Below are positions 28,725-42,188 of a DNA stretch of 64,000 nucleotides, in pieces. How positions within the stretch are numbered: position 1 is the first letter of the stretch; each line of letters begins with the position of its first letter. The notes under the pieces are model-generated. The model was not told where the DNA came from. It did no database searches and saw only the letters and a list, made by a program, of their open reading frames with translations. The stretch spans positions 106,826,001 to 106,890,000 of the forward strand of contig OX597816.1 in NCBI GenBank assembly GCA_951406725.2, given 5' to 3'. The stretch comes from Octopus vulgaris. Lineage: Eukaryota. The position numbers and the translations under genes are program-made.

Positions 28725-29428
28725 GTAACCTGGAGAGGACCGACCTGGTAAAGGACCTGGGTATCTTGGCGGATTCTTCCTTTTCGCCTTCGGCCCAGTG
28801 CGTCCATGCTGCCAACAAAGCACGCGGAGTTCTGTTTTTGATTCGACGGTCATTCGGAATGCTCACAGCAGCCATATTCCTACCGCTCTATGTCACGCTG
28901 GTGAGACCCATATTGGAGTACGGGATTCAAGCCTCTTCTCCTTATCTTCTCAAAGACATACAATATCTCGAAAGAGTCCAGAAGCTGGCTACCCGCATGG
29001 TTCTTGGTCTCAAGCATTTGTCTTATGAAGAAAGGCTGAAGACGCTCGGCCTTTATTCTCTAGAAAAACGACGACGCCGTGGTGATCTCATTCTTGCTCA
29101 CAACATCATAAGCGGAAAGTGTAACCTCTCGAAAGAGCTGTTCTTCACTCCTGCTCCAGAGCGTCGGCTGCGGGGTCACTCCGAAAAGCTCTATCTGCGA
29201 CGATTTCATCTCAATGGAAGGAGAGGGGCTTTCTCCGTCCGGGTTGCGGATCCGTGGAATAAGCTGCCGGACAAGATAGTGAAGATGCCGACGACCGCTC
29301 GGTTAAAAATCTCCCTTGACCACAAGTGGCCTGAACTCTTTACATGAACACCACCCTGTACATAACTCCATGTCCCCCTACATGGCCTTGCTTTTTGCTT
29401 TTTGAGCCAAAAAATTAACTAACTAACT
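28725..29428 (+). mobile_element. 5'-truncated CR1-clade LINE (RT C-terminal region, open frame to 29347) with (TAAC)n tail
   Basis: KDLGILAD..LPLYVTLVRPILEYG..LERVQKLATRMV..LSYEERLKTLGLYSLEKRRRRGDLI..LRGH..FSVRVADPWNKLP. Confidence 0.92.
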
Positions 29429-29569
29429 TGTGGTGTTACTGACTCTTTCACATCAAAGTAATGTTGTTTAGGTCGTCGAATGCCAGTCATCTTGTCGTAT
29501 CTATTTTTAACAATATCACAGAATTCTTTCTGTGTTGTTTCCGTATTAATGAACGCTTCTACAAAATCT

Positions 29570-30380
29570 CTTGGCTGCTATCTAAAAATTCGCAAGCCAC
29601 TACTTCAAACCTTCCAAGAGCATGTTGAAAGCTCCACCAAAGTTTTTAACCGACTGAGAGTTCTCAACCCATCTATACTTAGCAAAAATAATTTTCCTTT
29701 TAGCTTAGACCTTGTTTCCTTATACAAATCTGTCCCTGCCCTCCTCTGAGATATCAACTTACAAACCGAACCATTGCTCCCTCTCACACGCTTAATTGCC
29801 AGGGCATCACCAGATCTAACAAAATCCTCACATCCTAGAATAACAAGAGATTATCGAAACTGCTAACATTTTAACGAAAAATAAATCTGCTGTTGGATGA
29901 TCCGAAGGGAGGAACTGAATATACTCATAGCACATCAGGAGGCTGCTGCTGCTGCTTCATGCTCTTGCAGGATGAGGCTAGGGTAATTCCAGGTTAGTGG
30001 TCCCAGAGACGTCATTAAAATCAGGAGGCACATAACAAAAAAAAAAGAAAAGAAAAGAAGCCAACACAAAACAATATCATATGCACAATTGCCCAAGTGC
30101 TTGATCAACGATGGAAATATATGTCCGCAGATATACGTGATGTGTGAAATAGATGTAGTAAATGTAATAAATCTTTCAGTGGACATATGGATTATAGAAC
30201 ACCTCCATGCTTGTGCTTCTTCCGTCAAAAGATATCTATGGAAATGTCACACCCAAGACGTCCAGGCTTCGATTGAAACCACAGAACGAAACATTGGGAA
30301 CCTGAGAAAGAAAGAAGCCATCATCAATAGAAAGACTAAAGCATATATTAACATCAGAATCGAACAGTACGTAGCTGATA
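29570..30380 (+). mobile_element. Highly decayed Penelope-like element (RT motif A and GIY-YIG C-terminus)
   Basis: FSLDLVSLYKSVP resembles PLE RT SLDVxSLYTNIP; IIEHL..SSV..NLRKKEAII..YINIRIE resembles the PLE endonuclease tail. Confidence 0.65.
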
Positions 30381-30551
30381 CACTATCATACCAATGGTAC
30401 ACTGCGCACGCAAAGCAACCGCTTATATATACACAATATATTATAGAGACGTCAGATCACAACAGCAAACCTCATATACATACATACATAGACATGTATA
30501 TATATATATATACTTATATATATATATATATATATATGTTTATATACATAG

Positions 30552-30625
<74 letters not shown>

Positions 30626-31303
30626 CATTCATATATACATACATTATATCATATAATGTTATATTACATTACATTACATTATATATATTATATATATATA
30701 TCCTCTTGTCCATCTATTTATCTAAGTATCTGTCTATTTATCTCTATGTTTGTAAGTATGCATCTATATACAGGAGCGCACACACATATACATCTACACA
30801 CATATATTTACACACACACACAGACGCAATGGTCATGTCTGGAATGCCTTTTATTAAACTTAACGAGAGACTAAATACCCATAAAGACGTGTCAAATTTA
30901 GTTCAACATATCTGAGTGCAGATCGTCACAAACTTTGAATCTCTTTGGCATACACATATACGCACAAATAGAAATGCTTTCGCTTGTCCGTAGACACATG
31001 CATACATACGTATGTGCGTGCATACATAAGTATATACAAACATTTACGAACGTCGTACATACATATGCACACACCACAACCACAAGCAGACACCCACACG
31101 AACACCTACGCATTCACCAACACTGTCAGAAGAATGATATTAAGAACATGGTAACAAATGTGTGTGTGCGTGCATGTGTGTATGTGCGCGCATGCGATGT
31201 TTTTTCTATTTGTGTGCATATGTACGTGTAAGTGCATCCACTTGTACACAAGAATGTGTGTACGCATGTCTATATTTACGTGCGTGTATATACATATCTA
31301 TCC

Positions 31304-31374
<71 letters not shown>

Positions 31375-31403
31375 GAAAGAGAAAGAGAGAAAGGTATGCA
31401 TAC

Positions 31404-31472
<69 letters not shown>

Positions 31473-31569
31473 CATATGTACACATACACATATAAATTGT
31501 ATTTATATGTTTTAAATATATGCATCAAATTTATGATTTCATAATTGCATATTTGCGTTTGAAGACTTG

Positions 31570-31625
<56 letters not shown>

Positions 31626-31791
31626 GTATGTGTAGTTTCTAAAAAAGAAGTGGGGAAGGACTAGTAAAGGAGTCAGGTAAGGAGAAGAATGGAAATAGAC
31701 ATGGTTAGATGGAGAAAGAGTGAGAGAGAGAGAGTAAAATAGAGAGAACGATAGAAGGAGACGGAGGAGAGCGACTTGGGAAAAAGGGCGG

Positions 31792-31827
<36 letters not shown>

Positions 31828-32108
31828 TTATATATGTGCATATATGTATATCCATATACAGATGCATATATATATATACGTATATATAAATGTATACATG
31901 TGTACGTATATATACATATATACATATATAATATATTTTATACATACATATGTGTATATATATATATATATATACACACATGCATACATACATGCATACA
32001 TACATACATATATATACATATATATATATATGGTGTGATTGAGTGAAATAGAGAGATGTAATGTGTATAAGTTAGATTGATTGAGTGAGTGAGTGGGGAG
32101 AGAGAGAT

Positions 32109-32154
<46 letters not shown>

Positions 32155-32663
32155 CGGTAGAGGAAAAGATAGTAAGTGAGAGGAAATGATGTGGAATTGA
32201 GGAGCCCATCTTTAGATATAAATGGCTTTGTATCGGGAGAAATGCACCCATAGTTGCAGGTTGTTATTATAGATTTGTACTTTATAGTTCCGAGCATGAA
32301 AGGGAAAAATCCACAAAACTGGAAACTCATTCGTTGTGGGGAAACGCTTGAATCCTTTGAGTGACAAACCAGATAAAACAACAACAACGATAACACCAAC
32401 AACAATAATATTAATAATAATAAATGCAAGTAAAATAACGACAAATAAAAATTACGAATAAATTATAGGAAAACAAGCAAAAAAATAATCTAAAATAAAA
32501 TGTCTGAGTAAAGCGATATGAAAATCGATGGTTATTAATGGCGACCTTGTTTAACTCTGTTAGAAATGAGGCAAGATGAAATGCAAGTAGCGGTGGTGGC
32601 GAATTACTTTTATTGTGTTATCAGCCATTTCTTTTTTTAAATACTGTTTGATGTTGAATAAAA

Positions 32664-32680
32664 TAGCGCCGCCTAGTGGT
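32664..32680 (-). promoter_or_regulatory. CTCF-like binding motif
   Basis: Minus strand ACCACTAGGCGGCGCTA is close to the consensus CCACyAGrkGGCGCTA; GC-rich spot in AT-rich unique DNA. Confidence 0.55.
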
Positions 32681-32999
32681 GGAGGCGTTGCGTTCTCTAG
32701 AACAATGAAAACTGATTCAATCCCAGCGTTTGGACATTGAATTCTTTGACTTTGGTTTGCTTGTTTGCTTGGGTATGGTTAGTTCATTTGGGTGCTGTCT
32801 AATATTTCACCGATCCTATTAATCTGTCTTTCTTTCCTCTCCCACATAGTTTTACTTGAACAGGAAAAGAAGAAAAAAAATCAGCTAATAACTGTAATAA
32901 AGCAAACGATGAAACAACCAAACAAATATATAAATAAATAAAAGTGTTTTTGGTCCTTTTAATTGATGAATTTCTGCTAATTAATAGGGGTTGCCCAGT

Positions 33000-34860
33000 G
33001 TTAAGATACTTTGATTGTATATTCCCAAAGAAACAAAAGCTATTATGCTTAAAGTCTAGTCGCAGTTGATAGTTAATTGCAGTAATTAGTGTAATAGGGA
33101 TGATATGACACCATCAACTCGTAACCATTCTACAAAGTTACTTCCAATGTCTGACACAATGTCTTAGTGTTTATAGAGGAGTGTGACAGGGTTTGTTGAA
33201 CTTCCGTAGCTTCAACTAGGGTCTTATTGGTGTTGATGTAAGGAACTGAGTATGACTGGTAATTTTACATCTATACTTAAATACTTGACTGGTGTTTATG
33301 GTTGTATTTGTGAGTTTTGCTTATGATTTGTTACTGTAGTTTTAAAGGTGGTGGCGAGAGATTAGTCGATGCTTAAGCTTGGGATCACATTTCATTGTTT
33401 CTATGTTCTGTCAATGGCCTCTTGTGACGGGTTCGTTTCCACCACGTCGCACAAGACCTCAGAGTCTGTTGAGCTGAGTTAGAAGGAAACGATGTGTGTG
33501 AGTGTATGTTTCTGTCTGTGTGTGAGTTTGCATGTGTGTGTTTTCATACTTGATGGCTTTGTAGATGAAGGAGAGCTCTATTTGATTGAGATGGGCTTTT
33601 TTTGGTTGGTGGAGCCGGAACTGTTCTTTTGGGTGGCTATTTCTGCTGCTTGCTGATGTTGTTGATATATGAGAGTCTATGTTGCTTCTATTGTAGTTGC
33701 TGCAGCCATTGTTGTTATTGCTACTGCTTTTGTTTTTGATGATTTTGCTGTTGCTGCTCGTAGTCTTGTAGTGGTTATTTCTGCAGTGGTTATGTTGGAA
33801 GCAGCACTGACTTTCGTTCTGTTACACACTAGTGTGAGAAGATGACACTCATGTCGTTGGTGATATCGCGTTTGTGGAATCTAGGCCTTCTAACATCTAC
33901 CATAGCATACTGTTGGATTTCATTTATGAAGTGCATTAAGTCCAGAATCTTCTCTAGGTTTTCTGATTGTATCTATATCAAGGATTCTACTCCAGTTCTG
34001 GACCAGTTTATCAGGCAAATTTTTTTTAATGTCCAGGAACGTGTTCAATACTTCTATGAATATGCATGTCACCTACCGCAGGTGTTCAATCATAGCAGCA
34101 CATCCAAAATCTTCACTTTCATCACTTTCCGACTCATGTATGTGAGTATGAAAGCAAAATTCTCATTCCTCCATGGGACATTGGAATGCCTCTGTGCAAG
34201 AGATTTCGAACGAATTTTATTTTCCCACTCATATTATTTGGTTTGAACGACGAAGTCGATATTAGTCCATGTTCCCCTCAGGCACTTTCTCACAAGGGCA
34301 TCTATGGTCTTTTCTACTTGGCAGCTCTTAACCGACTCACAACTGTATAACAACTGTTCTTGTAGCCATTTTCTCCAGGAGCTAAGCTAACACTGCCAAT
34401 GGAGTTTTCCTGTCACCTCTCTGGGCCTCTCGCGTCCCTTTGTTCCTCCTTCTGCGAGACATGTTCGATCGTTTTTCAGCTTCTACAAAGGAACTGGCCC
34501 TTTCAGTACTCTTGTTGTTGTTTATGCTGCTACAGCTACTACTGCTACTGTTGTTGCTGGTGATTTCAGCAACCAGGGTAAACGTGATAGAGATGGAAGA
34601 AATGGAGAAAAAAAACCCCAATTATATTAGGTGGTGGAGTTGAAGGTGGTCCTCGTCGACAGAATGGTTGTGAGAAAAATTTTCAGATGTTGCAACAGCA
34701 AAGAAAATACTGGTGTCCATAACAGTAGTGTTCTTCCCTCTCTTCACATTTTTGTCGCCACTCTCGTCACCGTCATCGTTGTTGTCGTCAACACTGTTGT
34801 TGTTCTTGTTGTTGTCACTGTTGTTTTCTCGTCGGAGAAATTTGAGGTTTTATGATAGCT
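33000..34860 (-). mobile_element. Decayed 5' part (ORF1-like) of a Tx1/L1-type LINE
   Basis: Minus frames give LTYMSRKVMKVKILDV and VDVRRPRFHKRDITND (possible eroded zinc knuckle), followed by a Thr/Gln/Ala-rich linker; many stops. Confidence 0.45.
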
Positions 34861-35782
34861 TTCAACCGTAAATTCTTACTTTAATGGGTTACAAATAAAC
34901 GATCACAATGAAGAAAATTGAATTCAGGTACTATAAAGTAATATTTGAATATATAACAAAGTAAAGTAAGAACTCTTTTCTTATTCAAAATGATGCGGTT
35001 TCAGCCTATAGTAAATATTACAAAGCGACTAAGTGGTTTAGTATCAGACAAAGATAAGTTACTAAAATTCTGAGTTAGAATATAGGAAGAAGAAACCACA
35101 ATAGAAACTAATAAATGAGGAAGACTTTAAAAATAATGGAAACTATATACAGAAACATTGTGAATAGATTAGCTTGCACTGCCGATTGATGGATTCAAAA
35201 TGATTAGAAGAAATTGTTATGCATTACTTGGATACCTCTAATCGTTGCAATGTATTAAAGTCGTTTTAAACTACATGCTAGATCGAATGCAAAACGCTGT
35301 ATCGTGTCGCCTTGCAGACCAAACAATTACTTTAAAAATTCCTTCAGCATTTTCGAGAGAATGCTGTCGGCACCACCCCAGGCCTATGCTGATCCAGTAC
35401 ACGATGATATGCGGGATTGGAGCCAAATAAGGGTAAAGCCGCCAGGACTTGCTATAACATCAAATCACAAATCACTATCGAAGCCACAAATCACTATCGA
35501 AACCTGGCTATAGTCTTTGATGTCCTTTTCAATTTCCAATAAATTAAAATTTTGTAGCTATCTTCCTTAACTCTTTTAAGAATTATCATCAAAGTTAAAG
35601 ATTTTTCTCTTCATTATGAGTGCAATATAAATTGATTAACTTTTGCTCACTTCATTAAGTCTGTCAGCCACCCCCACTCAATTATAGTTTTCCAAGTCTA
35701 TCACACACACACAACACACACACATGCATACATGCGTACAAACATACGTACATACATATATATGTGTGTGTGTGCATATGCA

Positions 35783-35838
<56 letters not shown>

Positions 35839-36195
35839 CTGTTTATTTTTATGTTTTTTATAAAGAACAATAATTTTATATCTTACATGCTAAAGGATTA
35901 CTTTTGGAGAGTATATATTTATTATACTTTTACAAGAAAAGTGGTGACAGTGTGTATGTGTGTGCGTGGGTATGTGTGTGTGCGCGCATGTGTGTGTGGA
36001 TGTAAAATGGCAAAAATAGAACGAGGGGAACAAGAGACGGATAGATGTACAACGTGTATGGTTACAGGGGGCAGAAAAATATTCAAAAGGTGGTGGATAA
36101 AATATAAACACACATGCATTAGCATAAAATTTTGTGCACAGTGAATTGTACACCTATATACATATACATACGTTCGTACATACATTCATATATAT

Positions 36196-37832
36196 ATGAA
36201 AAATACAGATGGAATACCGGTCAATGAGAAGAGCGAGATGGAAAAAGTTTGCGAAAACTTCTACACCAAACACTTTAAGTCTACCAGAAATGTCCAGCCG
36301 TTACCACCACTCCAACAGGAAGAAAACGTGCCACCTATCCTTGTCAGTGAGGTTGAAAGAGCCATCGGCTCGATGAAAAACGGAAAGGCTCTAGGGAAAG
36401 ACGGTATAACATCGGCAGTGCTAAAGTCAGGCAGAGAACAGCTCTGGAAAATCCTCGCTGAGCGATTTACACACTATCTAGACGAGGGAAGAATTCTCTC
36501 GCAGTGGAAAGAGTCAAATACCAGGTTGGACAGAGAAGATATAAAGAACTACCGACCCATATGCCTGCTGTCTCACGTATACAAGCTGTTCACGAAGATA
36601 ATTCTGAACAGGTTATCACGTCGTCTCGACGAACAACAACCGAGGGAAAAAGCAGGCTTCCGGAAGAACTACAGCACGATGGACCATATATTTACTCTAA
36701 CGCAACTGCTTGAGCGAGCAAATGAGTACAAGCTGCCTCTTTGCGTTGCGTTTATAGATTATGAGAAGGCCTTCGATAGCGTCGAAACCAACGTAGTGTT
36801 GAACTCGCTGCAGAGGCAAGGAGTCGAAGCGCAATATGTGCAGCTGCTCAGAGAGGCAAATTCCGGATACACCACCGACATAGCTCTACTGTCATCACCC
36901 ATACGAGTGCCGGTCGAGAAGGGAGTGAAGTAAGGAGATACAATCTCCCCAAAACTTTTCACTGCATGTCTCGAACAGATCATCAGAGGAATCGACTGGC
37001 AAGGTGGTGTCAACATCAATGGCGAGCTCCTCACCCACCTCCGTTTCGCTGACGACATCGTACTCATCGCTGAAAACACGGATCAGCTTCGGACCATGCT
37101 GACGGAGCTCGACATCAAAAGCTCTGCAGTGGGTCTCAAGATGAACCGCATGAAAACAAAGTTAATGCGGTCAGACAACGTACCAACAGGTCGAATGGTG
37201 ATCAGCAGTGATGAAATAGAGGAGGTAAAGGAATATGTCTACCTGGGACAGGAAGTGAATATGTGCCGAGATATTGAAAAGGAGATCTCACGGAGAGTAA
37301 GGGCCGGATGGAAGGCGTTCAATGGCATAAGGGATGTGCTCAAGGGAAGGTTGGACAGGACCACCCGCGCCAACCTCATTAACAGTCCAGTTCTGCCTGC
37401 AATGTTATATGGTAGTGAAACATGGGCTACCACAAAGAGAGAAGAGCAGAGACTGGTAACGGCTCAATGAGCCATGGAAAGGTCAATGCTTGGTATCTCG
37501 TTGAGAGAGCACATAAGTAGCGAGATCATCAGAAAGAAGTCCGGCGTGAGAGATGTCATCGCAGAGTATACACGCAGCAAGTATAGATGGGCTGGACACG
37601 TCGCCCGGCTCACCGATAATCGGTGGACGCACGCAGTTGTCGAGTGGTACCCGCGCGAGCGGAAAAGACCACCCGGAAGACCTCCACGACGGTGGAGTTA
37701 CGATTTCAGGAGGACGATTGGGATCACGTGGATGAGAAAGGCGCGATCCAGAGTGGAGTGGACAGCGTGCTGTGACCAGCGGTGTCAAATGGATGCCTGA
37801 CGGACTGGTCGGTCAAGGTGATCAAGGTGATA
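36196..37832 (+). mobile_element. 5'-truncated RTE-clade LINE; RT pseudo-ORF in a single frame with two premature stops (36931, 37468)
   Basis: NYRPICLL, AGFR, FIDYEKAFDSV, GVK*GD, HLRFADDIVL, YVYLGQ, MLYGSETW, WAGHVAR, RPPGRPPRRW; (caaggtgat)2 tail. Confidence 0.95.
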
Positions 37833-37868
37833 CATATATATATATAGACAGAGAGATAGATAGATAGG

Positions 37869-37916
<48 letters not shown>

Positions 37917-38444
37917 GATAGATAAACAGAAAGATAGATAGATACACACACATACACATATAATTATAGAGTGCCTAACATGTACCCAGTATTTAGAACT
38001 TCATGCCCATTCTTAAGTAGGATATATGTTAAAGTCCAAGTTCCTTTTTCTCCATAGTTATAAAGATCACATTGTACATACAGTAAAATGAAGATAGGAA
38101 ACTTGTTCATAAAATATTTTGCTATGTCATCTTACGCGTAACTCATTAACAATAATGTCCATTATATAAAGAAAACTTTTGTAAGCATATTACCTTATCG
38201 CAATTTCAGAGATTGTGTAACAAAAACTAATAACCTTTAAGGTCTATAATGAACACCGGCCTGCGTCAGAGTATCAAAGACGATAAGTGGTGTGTGATAA
38301 TGAGTCATGAAAAGAATAGAAAATTTTTCTTTATCAGAGAAGTATTTTTTCTCTCCACTATATCTATGTAAATGAGTTGAAAAATTGGTGGATATCAGAT
38401 TTCAAACTCCCATCAGCATAGTCTTACATACATACATACATACA

Positions 38445-38990
38445 TGGTGGCTGCCCCCTCGTTATCGAGTATGGCCATTGCAGGAAGCTTAATCAATGTT
38501 GTTATCGTGCAATGCCTGTGCAAGAAGATTTTTTTTAAAGTGAGGAAAGGCTGTGCACTGAGTCAATCCCACTCACCAAGCAACAGCAGCCATAATCCGA
38601 AAAGAAGAACAAGTCAACATCATCGGTAACCACTGAGCCGCAGGTTTTATATCGGACTTATCCCAGTTACCTGAGTTACCTTCTCCTAGAAGGATGCCCT
38701 AATAAAGGCTAGGAGTCCTTCACTCTCAATGGATTAACCGCGCGATCGGGTATTCAGTCCGATTATTTCTATGTCCCCGCGCATGATACATCCTTAAGAC
38801 ATTTATTGGATGGCCGTTGACTCTCAAGAGTTCCTCCGCTCTTTGACGAGTTTTGTTTTTCATCCCGCAGGGTGTCCAATAAACACCCTCCTCACCAAGC
38901 AAGCTTGGTGGTGTTGCCGGTTTAGTCGCCGACGACCCGACCATGCAACAAGTTGTACTGGGTTACATGTTACCAGTAGCACTCGAAAGT
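38445..38990 (-). mobile_element. GC-richer interspersed repeat (possibly a LINE 5' UTR); partial inverted homolog at 26547-26686
   Basis: caagcttggtggtgttgccggtttagtcgcc matches the reverse complement of ggcgactaaactggcaacacc..aagcttgcttggtg. Confidence 0.6.
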
Positions 38991-39037
38991 GATCTGACAT
39001 ATACATACATTCATGCATGCATACATACATACATACA

Positions 39038-39071
<34 letters not shown>

Positions 39072-41507
39072 CATACATACACACACACACACAGACACAC
39101 ACACACACACACACTCTCCCTCTCTCTCGCACACACGCACACACACATACATGTATATGTATATATGTATGCAGCTATGTATGTATGTATGTATGTATGT
39201 ATGTATGTATGTATGTATGTATGTATGTTTGTATCGAACGCTATGATATTGCAGAAAATGGCGTTCAGTGGTCCATCCATCTGTTAGAAATAGCAGTTAA
39301 ATCTACTTCAAATTTAAGCTACAAAAGAAAATAAAAACATTGGATAGTGTATTAGACGCAGAATGTGAGGATTAAAGAACGGAGTGTTCCTAGATGGAAA
39401 GTTTTCTCATCGTAGGTCTTCTTGGTCGTGGTTGACATAGAACTAAACAATAGCGAAGTAACAACAGTAATAACAACAAACAATAGGCGTCACAACTGCA
39501 GCAAGAATACTACGAGCATGAGTAACCACAACAACAACAACAACAACAGCCAACCGCCACAACAGCAACAGTAGCAGCAAGATCAATGACAACAGCTACA
39601 ATAACAATGTGAATGTAACCAACGAGGCAACCTCTGCGCGGCTGCGTAACCCGCTCAAATCTCCTCCACAGTACATTCTATCTTCCTTAAAAAGTGAATG
39701 ACAAATATAGATATGTGATGATTGATGTACAATGAGAAGTAATCAGAACTACAACACTCTTAAAGCAGCAGCAGTATGGTTCGTCCCATCAGAGTTGTCT
39801 CCCCTACTAACAGTGATTCATTCACACATATATGGTAATACATTTTGCTTGATTCTAATTTAGCCTTGTTTGAACAGCACAAATATATCTACGCATTGTT
39901 ACCGATCATGATCAGGCGTAGTTCGTAGCTTTCAAGAATAATGCCCCAGAACTGTCACCGTTTTTATCCAAAATCTCTTACTTCCGTTGTATTCTCCCAC
40001 CACAGACACTGTTCAAAAGTTGTGTGTATCCGAAACAATTTGTGGAAATTTTTTAAAGTTTCATCCAATTCTTCCTAATCTTTCTGTTAAGACTGTCTTT
40101 GAAACCATTTGTGGGGAATGTTCGTGAAAATACGCAAGCAGTTCTACGACGGTATGTCTTCGACACTCTGACATGAGAATGACAGCTCAACCTCACTTCC
40201 GGTTGACCATGGAATAAAACAGCTGTGCACTCGTTCCAAAGCCGTTTGCGTTTCTTCAGGGTAATGTCTTTCAAAATAAGTCGAGCGGGTGGAGTGTCCA
40301 TCAATACAAGAGTAGTTTCGGCCTATCAGTAAGTATGAAAAAGCCTGATTTTGCTTCAGCCCGACTCTGTTGTGCTAGAACATGAGTCTCCAAATTTCTG
40401 ATTCTGAATCAGGCTGGCCATAGCTGATTTCTTCTTTGAAGATATTTTATTTATTGATCACGAATAGGTAAAAGAAAAAGTTGATTTCAGTGGGATTTGA
40501 GCTAAGAGCTCAGAGCGTCAGAACTCTACCATATCACTATTTTTCATCTACATTTAATAAATTTGTATTTCGAAGTATTTTTTCTAGCCTTTCTTGACAA
40601 GAATTGTCATAAATTTAATTACTTTTCTTTTAATGACGTATCGAGTTTCAATAGATTAAAACATTATTACTCATTGCGTTAAGCATGAAAGCCCCCACTT
40701 AACTATAAATGTCTTTTGCAGAAGGTATCACTGGGAAATTTTCCATAGGAGATCAAGCTTAGTCTTTGGAAACTATTCAATTTAGAAAGTGAATCTGCTT
40801 AAAATACAATTTTCCGAGTATTTAGAACGACAACTTCGTTTGTTTCAATAATTAATTATAGAAGAATAGTTTAACCATAAAGACAAGGGGCATTGGTGAC
40901 GAACAGTAGAAGGTCAGTCAAACTATATTACTTGATCAAACTGACATGTTGGACGTCTGACAAAATGTTTATTTCAGGTTGAGTGACCGTTTGAGGATTG
41001 GTTTGATATATTCGATAGTCTGCTAACAAGGGTTGATCCTGGCTGATTAGAATTGATCAGAGCAATAACCACAACAAAACCATATTAAAAGCTTTCAGTG
41101 TTGACTGCTTTTACCACATAAAAAATTTCGTTCATTGTCGGAAGTAATGGAACGACTTTTTTGAGCTCTGCAGGTAGTGTCAGTCTAATGAAGGCAATGA
41201 AGTTAATGTTTAATGCCTCTCCGGTTAATGTGGCCACAGAAGTAGATATAAATGAGATATAAAGAATTAATTGGGTAAGTGGTCTGTACAGAGTTTGAAG
41301 GTGAGACAGTAGAAATGACAGCAGCAAAAGAAATGAGTAAATCAGACGGGACTGGGAGTAAATTTGTATGTAGTATGCTAATTCAGAGAAGCAGGAGCTT
41401 TTATAGTAACAGTAGAAAACGTAGGGAGGCAACAGAATATCTGAGAGTTAATAGAACATGATTAACGCTTTATTTTACTGAACTCTCAGTTGTCATTCAC
41501 AACAGAA

Positions 41508-41551
41508 GAATCCATCATATATATTCAATTATGAACATATATGATGGATTC
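41508..41551. other. 20-bp-stem hairpin / inverted repeat
   Basis: gaatccatcatatatattca-atta-tgaacatatatgatggattc, one mismatch. Confidence 0.85.
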
Positions 41552-41594
41552 ACATATTTTCACTTATGAATCAGAAGCAGAGCTAATGTTGTAA

Positions 41595-41855
41595 ACATTA
41601 TCGATTGTACATACTCAATGTATGTGTTTTGATTGTTTGCCGGTGCGCTGCGGTTCGCGCGGTGGCGATGACTCCTTCAAAGTACTGGGTGTTAAAACAC
41701 CTGAAAGTCATAGACAGGCGAGACAACTTGCCCCTAATCCCAAAGTTATCTCGCCTGTCTATAACTTTAAGGTGTTTTAACACCCAGTGCTTTGAAGGAA
41801 TCCTCCCCATCACGCTAAACCGCAGCATACACTGAGTACTTGTGGTCGATAATGT
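41595..41855. other. 261-nt long foldback (candidate hairpin RNA / miRNA precursor / foldback element)
   Basis: Inner stem 41673-41729 pairs with 41743-41799 (57 bp, 4 non-Watson-Crick positions, 13-nt loop); middle gctgcggtt/aaccgcagc and outer acattatcga/tcgataatgt stems. Confidence 0.9.
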
Positions 41856-42131
41856 GTGTGTTTAGGTGTGTGTAGGTGTGTGTGCGTTTGTGTATGCATG
41901 TATATAGTGTATAGTTCCGTTATTGATGGAATTGATGAAATAATATTTCATCTAGTGAGAGATAAATACACAGGATTTGAAATGTGAACTACTATAAGTT
42001 TCATACTCTGACAGTACAACAGTCGAACGAACTCCTGAAAGACTGCAAGATAGCACACGACACTCTATACAAGCTCCTCTGATTATTATTCTATCAGACC
42101 GTGTAATCTATTGTTGCTCACATATAAAATC

Positions 42132-42188
<57 letters not shown>

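Noticed and set aside
33842-34246. 134-aa + strand ORF as a host gene
   Set aside because: No recognisable domain; the antisense strand better fits a decayed LINE ORF1
41598-41835. Two antiparallel 76-aa ORFs sharing WVLKHLKVIDRRDN
   Set aside because: Consequence of the DNA inverted repeat, not evidence of coding
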